Source: Savitreella phatthalungensis
Taxonomy: Eukaryota
Reading direction: 5' to 3'
Assembly (NCBI GenBank): GCA_051599415.1
Contig: AP039694.1
Span: 186,001-250,000, forward strand
DNA length: 64,000 nucleotides
Positions 41,871 to 51,844 of this stretch are shown here, one piece after another; the first letter of the stretch is position 1, and the number at the start of each line of letters is the position of its first letter. The translations under genes and the position numbers were made by a program. The notes under the pieces were generated by a model that was not told the DNA's origin, made no database searches, and saw only the letters and a list, made by a program, of their open reading frames with translations.

Positions 41871-42477
41871 TTCTGGAGTATAGACTGTTACTATTGTAAT
41901 ACTGTTACCCTGACTGACTTGTATAGTGCTATAGTCGCTGATAATGATTTAAAGCAAGCTGGATTGTATCGAAGCTCTCACTGCTGTTCGACTCCAAATA
42001 CAGTACACGAATATTCTGGTCAGTCCATTGATCAATGGATTCCTCCTAATCAAGAATTCACAGTTGCAACACTAAACTAAACCACTTCAGCGGTAATTAA
42101 TCAAATGAAATGGCCGGAGTTATGGACTCAAATTGACAATTGCAATGGTGATGATGTCGCGCGTGTTCTGACGCCAAATCTCTTAGAATTGTTTTGACAA
42201 AAATTACAGTTCATTTGATTTCGCTTATCATACGTTGTGACCATTATGCTGGTCAAACAACTCGTAATTGATTTAGGACTCAATATATGGTTTAATCACT
42301 TGGGCTACCTGATTTAGCTCCAGCACGATTAAGTGCTATGATGTACTATATACTGCACCATGTAGCCAAGGATTCTGTACAGATAGATCTATGAATATTG
42401 ATCATGACTGCATACAATCAGTGCTGAGGTGCACAGGCATCAGGCAATTGAGAGCTATATAGGGGGAGATAATCAGC

Positions 42478-42507
42478 GTCACGTGAAACTCATCATCTAC
42501 ACGTGAC
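42478..42507. promoter_or_regulatory. Pair of inverted GTCACGTG (CDEI/E-box) sites in the SMI1/MRP10 divergent promoter
   Basis: GTCACGTGA at 42478 and CACGTGAC at 42500; the CACGTG cores are 20 bp apart. Confidence 0.5.
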
Positions 42508-42713
42508 AGGGACACATTCAACTGTTCCATCATCATCCTCCCTATAGCACATCCACCTTCATCAGTCCATCATCGACCATCACTACCCAGCTTCCATCCT
42601 ACTCTTCTCGACACTCATCACATCGGAAGATCACTGTCGATCAAGTTGCATCGCTCTCACCGCAGTTCTTCATAGTATCACGCGCGGGCGACAGTGCTGA
42701 AGAAATCTACAGA

Positions 42714-42980
42714 ATGTCACACCCGGGCTTACGGTCACCGCCACGGTTGAATTTGGCAAAGTTGAAGGTGCGGCCGGTGAAGGGCAAGGAGAGTGTACCT
42801 TGTGGTGCTGAGATGGCTGCAATGCTTGCATGCTGGGCGTCTCACGGCGACACTGCTGACGCCAAACAGTGTGCTGCGTTTGCAGACAACTTGAAGAAAT
42901 GTATGAGCACGACTGTCAAGCAGCCACCTAAAGTCAATACCATCAACTACCACCTCGCCAGGCTCGGTAAGCTTTTGTGA
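42714..42980 (+). CDS. MRP10: Mitochondrial ribosomal protein mS37 (twin CX9C)
   Basis: LKVRP, PCGAEMAAMLACWAS, C...L.KCM, NTINYHLARL. Confidence 0.92.
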   Translation: MSHPGLRSPPRLNLAKLKVRPVKGKESVPCGAEMAAMLACWASHGDTADAKQCAAFADNLKKCMSTTVKQPPKVNTINYHLARLGKLL

Positions 42981-43133
42981 AGGAGACCTCCACGCTCACA
43001 CACACATATGAACGGGCATCTACCATTGTACAAACACACCATATTACCTCGCATTGACTAGAAGGAAACTCCTCACGCTCTTCTTTTTCCTTCATAGCAT
43101 ATTATGTACATTACTCTTATCGAAACTGATCGA

Positions 43134-44735
43134 TCACTTTTGGAGTTCTCGTTTCGCGAGGACTGGTGACGTGGAGGCTGACTCGATGGCGACGCTGCTG
43201 CTGCTGCCGCCGTTGCCGCTAGTCACATTCGCGGATGTGCTAATCCCATTACCGTTGATGTCTTTGGCCGTGGCAGCGGCGCTGAGATGCTTGGACTCCT
43301 GCCTGAGCTTGTGTAGCCCCGGTGTGGCATTATGTTCCATGCTCCCGCGCCTGGAGATGGACGATCGCCAGTCGTCTTGCCAGTCCTGGTGTCTCAGTAG
43401 GAATGCACCAACTGCGCCGAGGTATCCCTCATGTCTGAGGAAGTATGCATTTGCTCGTGCTTGCGACCAGAATCGGATAGCGTAGGAAAGGGTGTTCATG
43501 GTCTGCGGATGTCCTCGGATGTACGATCCGCCAAAGTAGATGTGCTCGATCGCGTGCTTCTGCGCTTGCAGGTACGCAATCTGGCCGATGTTGTTGGAGA
43601 TGGCGAAGAGCAACGATCGAGATACATCCTCTGGCGAGAACGCAGAGTCCTCATCTTCACCCATCAGCGCCAGCGCTGACGATGGATCCCATGGCGAGAA
43701 GCTCCCACTTGACGTCGGCCTCGCAGAAGCCTCATCCTCTGTAGTGTGATCCGATTCACCTGCACGCACACGCCTCTCGTGTTGCTTCTGCAGCGAGAAC
43801 ACCTTGCCAAAAGTAGACGCAATCGTTGACGCTTTCAATCCGATCTTGCCGTACCCTTGGCCATAAATATCACCAACGAGCATATCGACGCGCGAGTTGT
43901 CTCCACCGCTCGATAGATCCAGCATCTCGTCAAAGCTGCGAGCGCCTGTAATCAAGGACAACAGGCCCCAGAGTGTGCCGCCTCCGAGTGATGAGCCACC
44001 AATTCGCTCAAAGGTCTCTGGTGACGAGACCTTGATCATCGACACGCCTGAGCCGATGTTGACGAGGAGGTAGGGGTACTGTGGTGGTTCAGTGACGACC
44101 TGCATCGGCTGCTCCTCCGAGTATGTAAACACCTCGCCTGGAATCTCGTTGATGAAGAAATCGAGACCGACAATCAGGCATTGCATCTCGTCCTCCTGGT
44201 ACACCTCGACGCCAAGCTGCGCCTTGATCTGCTCGTAGAATTTGAACGCACCGCCTCCCGTGGCCATGATGCAGATGTCGTCTGCAGGATCTCGCCAAGT
44301 CGATCCGGCTCTCCGATGTCGGTGCGTGTTCGTCCTACCGTCACCAGAAGTGACGTCCACAACGATCTCCCCGCTTCCGCCGCCTCGCCGCTTCTTGATC
44401 AGCGTCCCGAGGAATGCAATCAGGGCATCGATATTACTCGTCTCGAATCTGGTAAAGTTCAATCGAACACCCTTGTCAGCGTCACGTTTGAAGTAGACAC
44501 ACTTGGCAAGTGATCCACCGATATCGATTGCGATGTGAGAGATTGCTTCATCGTGGTACGGAAACTGGATGTCACGCCCAGTCCGAGGAGTGTCTTCATC
44601 TTCCACAATCCTGGCACCGCTCACATTGATCCTCACAGTCGACTCCAGTCTCGATGGGAAAGACAGATCTCCGGAGATGGAGGCTTGAGGATTAGGTGAG
44701 CCTGTGCCGGTGAGTGGGGACGTGGATGGATTCAT
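43134..44735 (-). CDS. CAB1: Type II pantothenate kinase (Fumble family)
   Basis: AIDIGGSLAK, ATGGGAFKF, YPYLLVNIGSGVS, GGSSLGGGT, DMLVGDIYG, FLRHEGYLGAVGAF. First in-frame ATG is at 44735; the frame is open further upstream. Confidence 0.95.
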   Translation of the reverse strand: MNPSTSPLTGTGSPNPQASISGDLSFPSRLESTVRINVSGARIVEDEDTPRTGRDIQFPYHDEAISHIAIDIGGSLAKCVYFKRDADKGVRLNFTRFETSNIDALIAFLGTLIKKRRGGGSGEIVVDVTSGDGRTNTHRHRRAGSTWRDPADDICIMATGGGAFKFYEQIKAQLGVEVYQEDEMQCLIVGLDFFINEIPGEVFTYSEEQPMQVVTEPPQYPYLLVNIGSGVSMIKVSSPETFERIGGSSLGGGTLWGLLSLITGARSFDEMLDLSSGGDNSRVDMLVGDIYGQGYGKIGLKASTIASTFGKVFSLQKQHERRVRAGESDHTTEDEASARPTSSGSFSPWDPSSALALMGEDEDSAFSPEDVSRSLLFAISNNIGQIAYLQAQKHAIEHIYFGGSYIRGHPQTMNTLSYAIRFWSQARANAYFLRHEGYLGAVGAFLLRHQDWQDDWRSSISRRGSMEHNATPGLHKLRQESKHLSAAATAKDINGNGISTSANVTSGNGGSSSSVAIESASTSPVLAKRELQK

Positions 44736-45304
44736 TGAGCCGTGATGAGGGCGGCGAGGCGACCGCTGCCGCCGACGAGCATGGTCGTTCTGACGAACTG
44801 AGCGGTCGCCTTGCAACGGTGAGCCAGTTGCGTGCTGCAGGATGAATTGATTCCCGGAGTGGAGGATGTGCAGGCCGGCCTAAAGCCGTAGAACAGATTC
44901 AGTATTGGAAGGTTAGACTTTGATCTGATTCATTGGCCCTATGAGAGCATAGCACCGGTCAATAGTGAGTGCCGGTTTGTTGGCTTGCTTGACTACTGTT
45001 CCGCTTTGGCCAAGCGAGGATGAAGTGGTGCTCGCTTGTTCTTGTGCTGTGTCGAACACCCACGAGCGCAAACAAGAATCGTGCGTGCATTGCCTCCAAA
45101 CTCAATAGTTTGAACTCATTTGCAGATGCACGATACCAGAATGACCAAGTACAGGCAACACACGTACACCTGACAATAGATATCAGACACGAGGCAAAAG
45201 CCAAGACGGTCAATGGCAAGGAGGAAGTCCAGAGGGAACGAGTCTTAGCTCAGTTTCTACTTGAACTACACAGTATTTACAAGACAAAGAAGCCTCGAGG
45301 AAGA

Positions 45305-46369
45305 TTAGCTCTGGTGACTATACTCTTCTGGGCCTCTGTTACTGCTGGAGAACCACCGAATGGTCAAGACCACAAGTGCTGCTCCGATCCATGGTTTGTA
45401 CTCGTCTGCGAATATGAACCACCCCTTGAGCTTGTCCTGATAGTGTGGATCCATCATCGACACATACTGTTCGACCTTGCTCATCAATTGCATCTGACTC
45501 ATCTTGACCTGTCGAAACTCAAAGTCAATGGAAATGAGAGTCGGACTATCCCCTGCACCAGTCTCAACCGTGACCATCTCCTCGTGCAGCTGCCAGAAGT
45601 CATCAACGTAGCAGATTGGAAAGTAGTAACCATCACTGTCGGTGGAAGATTTTCGATCAAAGACAAGTCGCCTGGCGACATGCGTTGGTATAGAAGCATA
45701 TACCATATCTCCAGGATCTCCCACAAGTGCCAACTTCACAGATTTAGGCCAGTAAGCTGCGACCCCACCACTAACATCATTTGGCAACCACCTGGTCAAT
45801 TCCTTGCTAGACTGGAACATCACATCCTGTGGCCGAATGTCTTCCAGATCAGATTCAATTGCAGCCTTGCTGACGGACACATGAGTGTACCAAGAGCTGT
45901 TATATGTGAGACCACTCGGAAGCCCAAACTGAAGTGTCCTTCCTCGAACATCTGACCAGTTCCCCACCTGCACGCCGCGTTCCACCACAAGCTGTATCAT
46001 GTCACCAACCGCATCTCTACGTTCCTGCGACAGCCAGACCGCGACATCTACTCGCGTATCAGGCTCTGTCCATAGCGGATGGACACTCTGCGAGCCTCTA
46101 GAAATCTGCTCGCTAGACTCCACCTCGCCTGAGAAGACTTGGTCATTCGTGCGAGCGCTGTCGACCCACTCGTGCTTTCCTGCTGGCAGTAGCTCCTGCT
46201 TGACAAATGAGAGTCCGTGCCTGAAGGCGAATTGGACGCAGAAGACGATTGCTCCTACTCTCGCCAGTCGAAACAGGATCGATCGATACCCTGGCGGAGG
46301 AGCAGCCCGAGGGACATCGCTGCTCCCTACAGTCGATGGATCTTGAGCACGGCTGTTCGAATCGACCAT
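45305..46369 (-). CDS. CLPTM1-like protein, lumenal domain only (C-terminally short)
   Basis: N-terminal TM, HPLW, YNSSWYTHV, YWPKSVKLALVGD, GYYFPICYVDDFWQLHEEM resemble the CLPTM1 lumenal region. The ORF ends after one further TM. Confidence 0.65.
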   Translation of the reverse strand: MVDSNSRAQDPSTVGSSDVPRAAPPPGYRSILFRLARVGAIVFCVQFAFRHGLSFVKQELLPAGKHEWVDSARTNDQVFSGEVESSEQISRGSQSVHPLWTEPDTRVDVAVWLSQERRDAVGDMIQLVVERGVQVGNWSDVRGRTLQFGLPSGLTYNSSWYTHVSVSKAAIESDLEDIRPQDVMFQSSKELTRWLPNDVSGGVAAYWPKSVKLALVGDPGDMVYASIPTHVARRLVFDRKSSTDSDGYYFPICYVDDFWQLHEEMVTVETGAGDSPTLISIDFEFRQVKMSQMQLMSKVEQYVSMMDPHYQDKLKGWFIFADEYKPWIGAALVVLTIRWFSSSNRGPEEYSHQS

Positions 46370-46661
46370 GACTGGACTCTCAGAGAAGAAAAACAAGGGA
46401 CCCTTAGATCATGAATTACTCGATTTCTGTTCACTTGAAGCGCTTTGAGAGTAGTATCACCATGCGTGTTGTGACGTCGTTGAGCAATTCTATTTTTGGA
46501 CAAAAACAGCAGAGCAAGCACAAGATTACACAGGACTCCACTACAAGCGTCAGCGCAACACCATAGCCAAGGTCATCATATCGCAGCGATAAGAAGTCAG
46601 CGAAGTCATTATACCCAACAGAGACTCTTGTGAGGTCAAGGTCGGATCGGCACGTTCAATC

Positions 46662-46868
46662 ATGTCTCCGCGAGACCAGGATCAGCTTGTATTCGGACTC
46701 GAGCTGACTCTACTCATGGCTGTCATTGCGGCCAGTATGTTTGTCTTTGCGTTCACCCGCGCAGGTAGACGTGTTATTGATTCAACACGCGTAGCGCTTC
46801 GGAGTCTAGCCGGACACGGGCGGGGCGAACAAGCAGAAGGTCGCATTCGCCTACCTGAAGACGCTTGA
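46662..46868 (+). CDS. Small single-pass membrane protein (68 aa)
   Basis: ATG in good context (atcATG), one clear hydrophobic helix, basic juxtamembrane segment, GRIRLPED tail. Confidence 0.55.
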   Translation: MSPRDQDQLVFGLELTLLMAVIAASMFVFAFTRAGRRVIDSTRVALRSLAGHGRGEQAEGRIRLPEDA

Positions 46869-47112
46869 CTCAGCCATGACGTGCCTCTGGCTCAGCGATG
46901 CGGCTATCCCGGCTCAACAGCGACCGAAGCACACCTTTCAGATGTTCAGCTTCTATATTGACTCCTCCTGCGCCATGCTCGCCATCAACATCTTCACTTT
47001 TGCTCATCCCGCCTGCCTACATGATTGCCGCGGCTTTTTTCCTTCTCTTTCAGGATGAAAAACAATCTTGATTACACCACAACAGCACCTCGACAATAGA
47101 CATAGTCACGAC

Positions 47113-48327
47113 ATGTCTCTCTTTACAGACGTCCATAGGGGAGTCCCGCAAGGACGAACGACCGCACCGCTGCGTAATCGCGACACTGAGCTAGGAGCAG
47201 CAGCAAATGCACCAAAGAAGCGTACTGGCAGAGCACTATTCCTCCTGCCTGCGATCGGCAACGATCCGACAGAGATCGTCATGCCATGGGAGCTGTTGAC
47301 CAAGATGGGCTGCTTTGTTGAGTTTGCGACATGGCACGGTCAGCCTGCCAAAGCTGACGAGTCATTACGGAGCTCTATGCTCTGGGGTGCGACCGCACGG
47401 ATACGTGAGCGGTGGGAAGACGTCCTAGCCCTAACAGAGTACCAGGAGCCATACGCGTGGGCGAAAGAAGACGCATCACACACCCCTTCGGCAACGACTG
47501 CAAAGTCTCGCAAAGAGTTAGACATCGATAGTTACGATCTTGTCTACATTCCTGGCGGCTGGTGCGCGCGGGCAGAGCTGGAGAACGATACCAAAATACA
47601 CGCTCTTCTTGAGCGCTTCACTCGGTATATCCCAAGGTCTGTTGGCACGAAAATTCTAGCGGTTTCTGGAGACGGTATCGCACCACTACTTCACGTCAAG
47701 CGCGGACACCCTGACATTCAGCGCGCACCTTCATCAGCCACAGCAAGCACGCAGACGGGTGATGCACCGACCGAGACAACCACCGAAACGACGTCGACAG
47801 CCTTTCAGAGCGAAGCTTTCGGCCTGCTCAAGACGCTAGCGAGTTCCGGTCCTGGCTATGAAAGTATCACGGGTCCGATCACAGGCACAGATTTCGGGTC
47901 ACTCATCCCATCGCGTGTCAGGGAATACAAAGGCGCTCGAATGATCTCAATTGATTCATTGAATTGGTACATTAGCGCGCCATCGAGCAATTTTGCCAAA
48001 GAGATGTCCCGGAAGATGGCTCGCCTGCTTGCCTGTGCGCTAGAAGTCAGTTACTTGCGAGAGATCGCAGCAGCGAACGCTTCCGAGGCAGCTCCATCCG
48101 ACAGCTCGATCGAACATCGACGCAAACACGCGCTCGCCCTTAACGCCAACACCACCAACCTCGCTCATCTCACAGCCAAGCAGCGTCATCGCCTGGAAGT
48201 GTGTGAGCGATGGGATGGCGCGACTGAGCGGGAGAAAGAATTGGCTGACGTCGACGGGCTGGGCGTGCAGGATACCGGATTTGCAATGTCGAAGTGGAAC
48301 TGGGGTTGGCGTAAACACTACAATTAG
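47113..48327 (+). CDS. DJ-1/PfpI (class I glutamine amidotransferase-like) family protein, divergent
   Basis: GNDPTEIVMPWELL, VEFAT..G..AKAD, SYDLVYIPGG. The expected nucleophile elbow reads LAVSGDG. Confidence 0.7.
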   Translation: MSLFTDVHRGVPQGRTTAPLRNRDTELGAAANAPKKRTGRALFLLPAIGNDPTEIVMPWELLTKMGCFVEFATWHGQPAKADESLRSSMLWGATARIRERWEDVLALTEYQEPYAWAKEDASHTPSATTAKSRKELDIDSYDLVYIPGGWCARAELENDTKIHALLERFTRYIPRSVGTKILAVSGDGIAPLLHVKRGHPDIQRAPSSATASTQTGDAPTETTTETTSTAFQSEAFGLLKTLASSGPGYESITGPITGTDFGSLIPSRVREYKGARMISIDSLNWYISAPSSNFAKEMSRKMARLLACALEVSYLREIAAANASEAAPSDSSIEHRRKHALALNANTTNLAHLTAKQRHRLEVCERWDGATEREKELADVDGLGVQDTGFAMSKWNWGWRKHYN

Positions 48328-48345
48328 ACTGCCGTAACCTTTCTT

Positions 48346-49467
48346 TCATGTCGGCGCCTGGTACACCCGTTCGAGCCGTGTCACCAACTCGCTCACATGC
48401 TTGTACTCCCGCACCGCGTGAGCCAGCGCCCGTGTGCCTTCTCCGACTACCACGCCCTGACCACCCGCGGCCGCAGCACGCCGCAAAGGGTACAATAGTG
48501 AAAACAGTAGTGCATCAACCAGCGATGGCTGTGTGGCACCGAATAAATATTGTCCCGTTCCTGTCTTCTCCCCCATGTCAGGACCATGACTGGAGGCTGC
48601 GCCGCTGCCTATGTGCGTTTTCCGGCGTCCCTTGACCGGCGACCTCGCTCTGCCGCCTGTTTGAGCATGTGCGTGTGGTGCAGTGGATGCTAGGATTGCA
48701 TCTACAGTGGCGAGTGTCTTCCTGAATTCGTCGACAACGCGATCTGCCCAGTCCGTCGGGTTTGCTTCCTGGAGCGCCTGCACGCGAGCATCGTACCGCA
48801 GCCGCGTCGCTGCATGCCTCGCTGCCCGCAACGACTCTTCCGACGCGCCCGTCCGACCAGGGTACAGTATCCGCACAAGCTCGTCAACGCCAGCCACCCC
48901 AGCCTCCGGCAGCACTCGCGCAACCCATGGTCGACGCACACTCACACCACCATCCTCCCAGCCACACATCGCCACACCATCTCCCACACCACGCCTGATC
49001 AACGCAGCCACCGCATGCGCATCGTACGTCGTCTGACTCGACCCGCTATCGCTGCGTGCCTCGGCAGTCGAGGACGTACCCGCGGCGTCAGCGAATCGGA
49101 CGATATCGTGATCATGCAGGATTCTGAAGTCTGTTGATGGTATGTGTGTTCCTGCGGCTTTGAGTGACGGTGTGCGTGCTGCTAGAAGTTGTGCGGGGAC
49201 GATCAGGAACGGCACTGTGAGCGTGGTAGAAGGGTGGAGTGCTCGCGGATGAAAATCGACATCCCGAGACGTCAAGTACATACTCAGCTGCACGCACCGC
49301 GCATCCTCCTCCACCACAAACAGCACAGCCTCTCCATGACCACCCTCACCATTCACCAGGCATCCGAGACCCTCGTCTTCCAGCACACTCGCCGTAGCGT
49401 CATCGCTGGGCAGCTGGACTAGTGGAAATGTATCGAACAGCCGCTTCACGATCGCCGGTGCCCGCAT
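48346..49467 (-). CDS. SAM35: Metaxin/Sam35-like mitochondrial outer membrane SAM component
   Basis: N-terminal APAIVKRLFDTFPL and GST-C-like YLFGATQPSLVDALLFSLL. Likely start is ATG 49467. Confidence 0.72.
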   Translation of the reverse strand: MRAPAIVKRLFDTFPLVQLPSDDATASVLEDEGLGCLVNGEGGHGEAVLFVVEEDARCVQLSMYLTSRDVDFHPRALHPSTTLTVPFLIVPAQLLAARTPSLKAAGTHIPSTDFRILHDHDIVRFADAAGTSSTAEARSDSGSSQTTYDAHAVAALIRRGVGDGVAMCGWEDGGVSVRRPWVARVLPEAGVAGVDELVRILYPGRTGASEESLRAARHAATRLRYDARVQALQEANPTDWADRVVDEFRKTLATVDAILASTAPHAHAQTGGRARSPVKGRRKTHIGSGAASSHGPDMGEKTGTGQYLFGATQPSLVDALLFSLLYPLRRAAAAGGQGVVVGEGTRALAHAVREYKHVSELVTRLERVYQAPT

Positions 49468-49721
49468 GAGCGACGGTTTGACAATCGAGACCTTGGAACC
49501 CCTGTATGGAGTCGATGCTTTCTGTGGTGTGGTGCCGGGTGGGTGTGGAGTATAGAGCATACCCGCACTATGGCAGATATCGATTCCGTCGTTCTCTAAG
49601 AAATTTAAATAAACGTACACAGTGTCACCAAGACACCGACGAAGACGACCCTAAACCCAATCGCGCGTCCTTCCTATCTCTTCTCAACAGCGCTCTTCTC
49701 CTTTCCGAAAACGTCTTCAGC

Positions 49722-50252
49722 ATGTCGGGATACTACGACAATGAGTCTCGGAATCAGCTGTTTCGATTCCGGCTGCCTTCGCTGCGCTTGACGTCTGGAA
49801 TGCGGACGGTTGGAATCTACTTGAGCGGCGCGCTGTTTGCTGCTGGTCTGTGGAGTTTTGTTGACGCTGCTGTGTACTCGAAGGTCGCAAACGCTGGCAA
49901 TGTCCATGTCAGCTTTGTCGATTGGATTCCAGCCATCTGCTCTGTCCTTGGCATGGCCGTCGTCTCAGCCATCGACAAGGCTAAACTGACGGACGATCAC
50001 TATGGTGGAACTTCCGCACTCGCGTGGAAGGCGAAGCTGGTGCTGTTTGTTGGGTTTGCCTTGTTGGCTGGTGGACTCGCTGGCGGGGTCGTGGTTCTCG
50101 TGCTCAAGTATATCGTTCCAGGGTACCCGATGCCGACATTATGGTTTGGTATCGCGAATGTGGTTTGCAATTCTCTCATCATGCTCGCTTCCGCTGTTCT
50201 TTGGGTCAGTATCAACGCAGATGACGAGTATCAATATCAGCTCCAGCTCTAG
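49722..50252 (+). CDS. VPS68: Vacuolar protein sorting protein Vps68 (UPF0220/TMEM50)
   Basis: RTVGIYLSGALF, HVSFVDWIPAICS.LGM, LFVGFALLAGGLAG, four TMs. Start is ATG 49722. Confidence 0.93.
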   Translation: MSGYYDNESRNQLFRFRLPSLRLTSGMRTVGIYLSGALFAAGLWSFVDAAVYSKVANAGNVHVSFVDWIPAICSVLGMAVVSAIDKAKLTDDHYGGTSALAWKAKLVLFVGFALLAGGLAGGVVVLVLKYIVPGYPMPTLWFGIANVVCNSLIMLASAVLWVSINADDEYQYQLQL

Positions 50253-50383
50253 GCTTCCGCAAGGCTATCGCGGGATTCCGATTGTTTGCTTGGTCACGCT
50301 CAACACAGCTTCTGTACAATACATCTCATGCCTCTAACCCATGCGCCTATGCTCTTGCTTCCTGCAATTGACCCTCGTTGTAT

Positions 50384-51193
50384 CTAGATGGCGGCTTTGG
50401 CCTGCGGCTTACCGATTTGGGCGTCTGCGCCAACGATGGTCTCGCCTGAGACGCCGATATGGCGGGCGTCGCCGAAGCGTACAATTTTGCCGGTGACTTT
50501 GCCTGCGTCGTCCTTGGCGATGACGACCTCTGTGATCGAGGTGTTGCGCGGGACCATATACGTCTGACCATTGTACTCCGGCGAATGGGCATACCCTCTG
50601 CCGCCGTCATCCACTGACTTCGTGAGCTCCCGCCCCAACGTCGCCACACACCCGCCATGTGTCACAATCAAGACTCTCCGCTCACCATCTCCACGATCTT
50701 CTGAAGCTGCTGGACTCGGTAGACATTCTTCAGAGTTGTCTCTTCCCTGCGTCGCGTACTCCGCAGCACGCGGTGGCCTATCCAGTAGACTTACCACGTG
50801 CGTATCCCAGAACTGTAGGAGTCTGCGAGCAAACGCGAGCTGTCCTTCGCCGTAGTTATCCAAGACTTTGCCCTCGGCCTGCATCTTGGCCTGGGCATCT
50901 GCAAACTCCATGCCTTCCAGGTCGCCTAGATTCTTCTCCCATAGGTCTTCATGGTGTGTTATCTCCAGCGCCGGTGGGCGATTTTCCAAGATCGGCAGGG
51001 ACGTCTGCCTGCATCGTGTCAGCGACGATACGAACGCTCGATCAAATCGCGTCTCCCCTAACAAAGCACCCGTCCGCCGAGCTTGTGACTGGCCATTCGC
51101 ATTCAATGGACTATCCAACCATCCTTGCAGCTGTCGTCGCACGTTGGAGTCAGTCTCACCGTGACGGATGAGGTATACTGTCAATGTAGTCAT
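50384..51193 (-). CDS. Histidine phosphatase / phosphoglycerate mutase family protein
   Basis: YLIRHGET, QGWLDSPLN..G, SSLTRC.QT, LIVTHGG, NTSIT. Confidence 0.92.
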   Translation of the reverse strand: MTTLTVYLIRHGETDSNVRRQLQGWLDSPLNANGQSQARRTGALLGETRFDRAFVSSLTRCRQTSLPILENRPPALEITHHEDLWEKNLGDLEGMEFADAQAKMQAEGKVLDNYGEGQLAFARRLLQFWDTHVVSLLDRPPRAAEYATQGRDNSEECLPSPAASEDRGDGERRVLIVTHGGCVATLGRELTKSVDDGGRGYAHSPEYNGQTYMVPRNTSITEVVIAKDDAGKVTGKIVRFGDARHIGVSGETIVGADAQIGKPQAKAAI

Positions 51194-51386
51194 TCCTCAG
51201 GAGACGTCAATGAAGGAAGCGGACGTGTGCTGAGATGGTGCAGAGATTGCGCAAGCGTAAATATCCATGACGCTTATTTTCCCGTTTCAGCATACCCTGC
51301 ATACGCTTAATTGCTTCACTTGACCAGACAGCCGGGGTACATGACAGGTGGAGTGTGGATGCACAAATCAGGAGTTCCTCGTCAAG

Positions 51387-51629
51387 TCAATGATCAGGAC
51401 TGTTAGGTTGTAGGCTGACCTGAGATGGTCTCTCGCCTGAGACGATGCTTGAAGTCTTTGCTGAGATATGCTGCTTATCTTGGTCGGCTTTGGCAAGCTG
51501 ACGCTGCTTGTGAATGTCCTCCAACAGTGCATCGAGCTCACGATCCTTATGCCACATGTAGCCTATCATCAGGAGTGGCGGTACGCTGGCCAACAAGATG
51601 TCAGACTTGATCAGTTGTCGAAATGACAT
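51387..51629 (-). CDS. Hypothetical small membrane protein (80 aa)
   Basis: ATG ORF filling the intergenic gap, with one hydrophobic segment followed by a charged helical segment. Confidence 0.5.
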   Translation of the reverse strand: MSFRQLIKSDILLASVPPLLMIGYMWHKDRELDALLEDIHKQRQLAKADQDKQHISAKTSSIVSGERPSQVSLQPNSPDH

Positions 51630-51844
51630 GCCGGCTGACCGGTCTCGTGCTGAAGTTAAGAAGACCGACGCCTGCAGGCAACGAATCTACTCAAGACGTC
51701 AGGTGAAGTGTAATTGACTGATGTCATGGAAGGATGTCTTGTTTTGATTTAATTCATCGAGCGCAGTCAAGAAGATTTACAGTAGCTTTTGGATGGGTGC
51801 ACATTAGTATATGTACTTGAAGAGCTTTTGATGGGGGTCCACTT

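Noticed and set aside
45020..45955. 311-aa plus-strand ORF antisense to the CLPTM1-like gene
   Set aside because: It is in exact codon register with the minus-strand CDS (offset 285 nt) and has no recognisable motifs, so it is most likely an antisense shadow.
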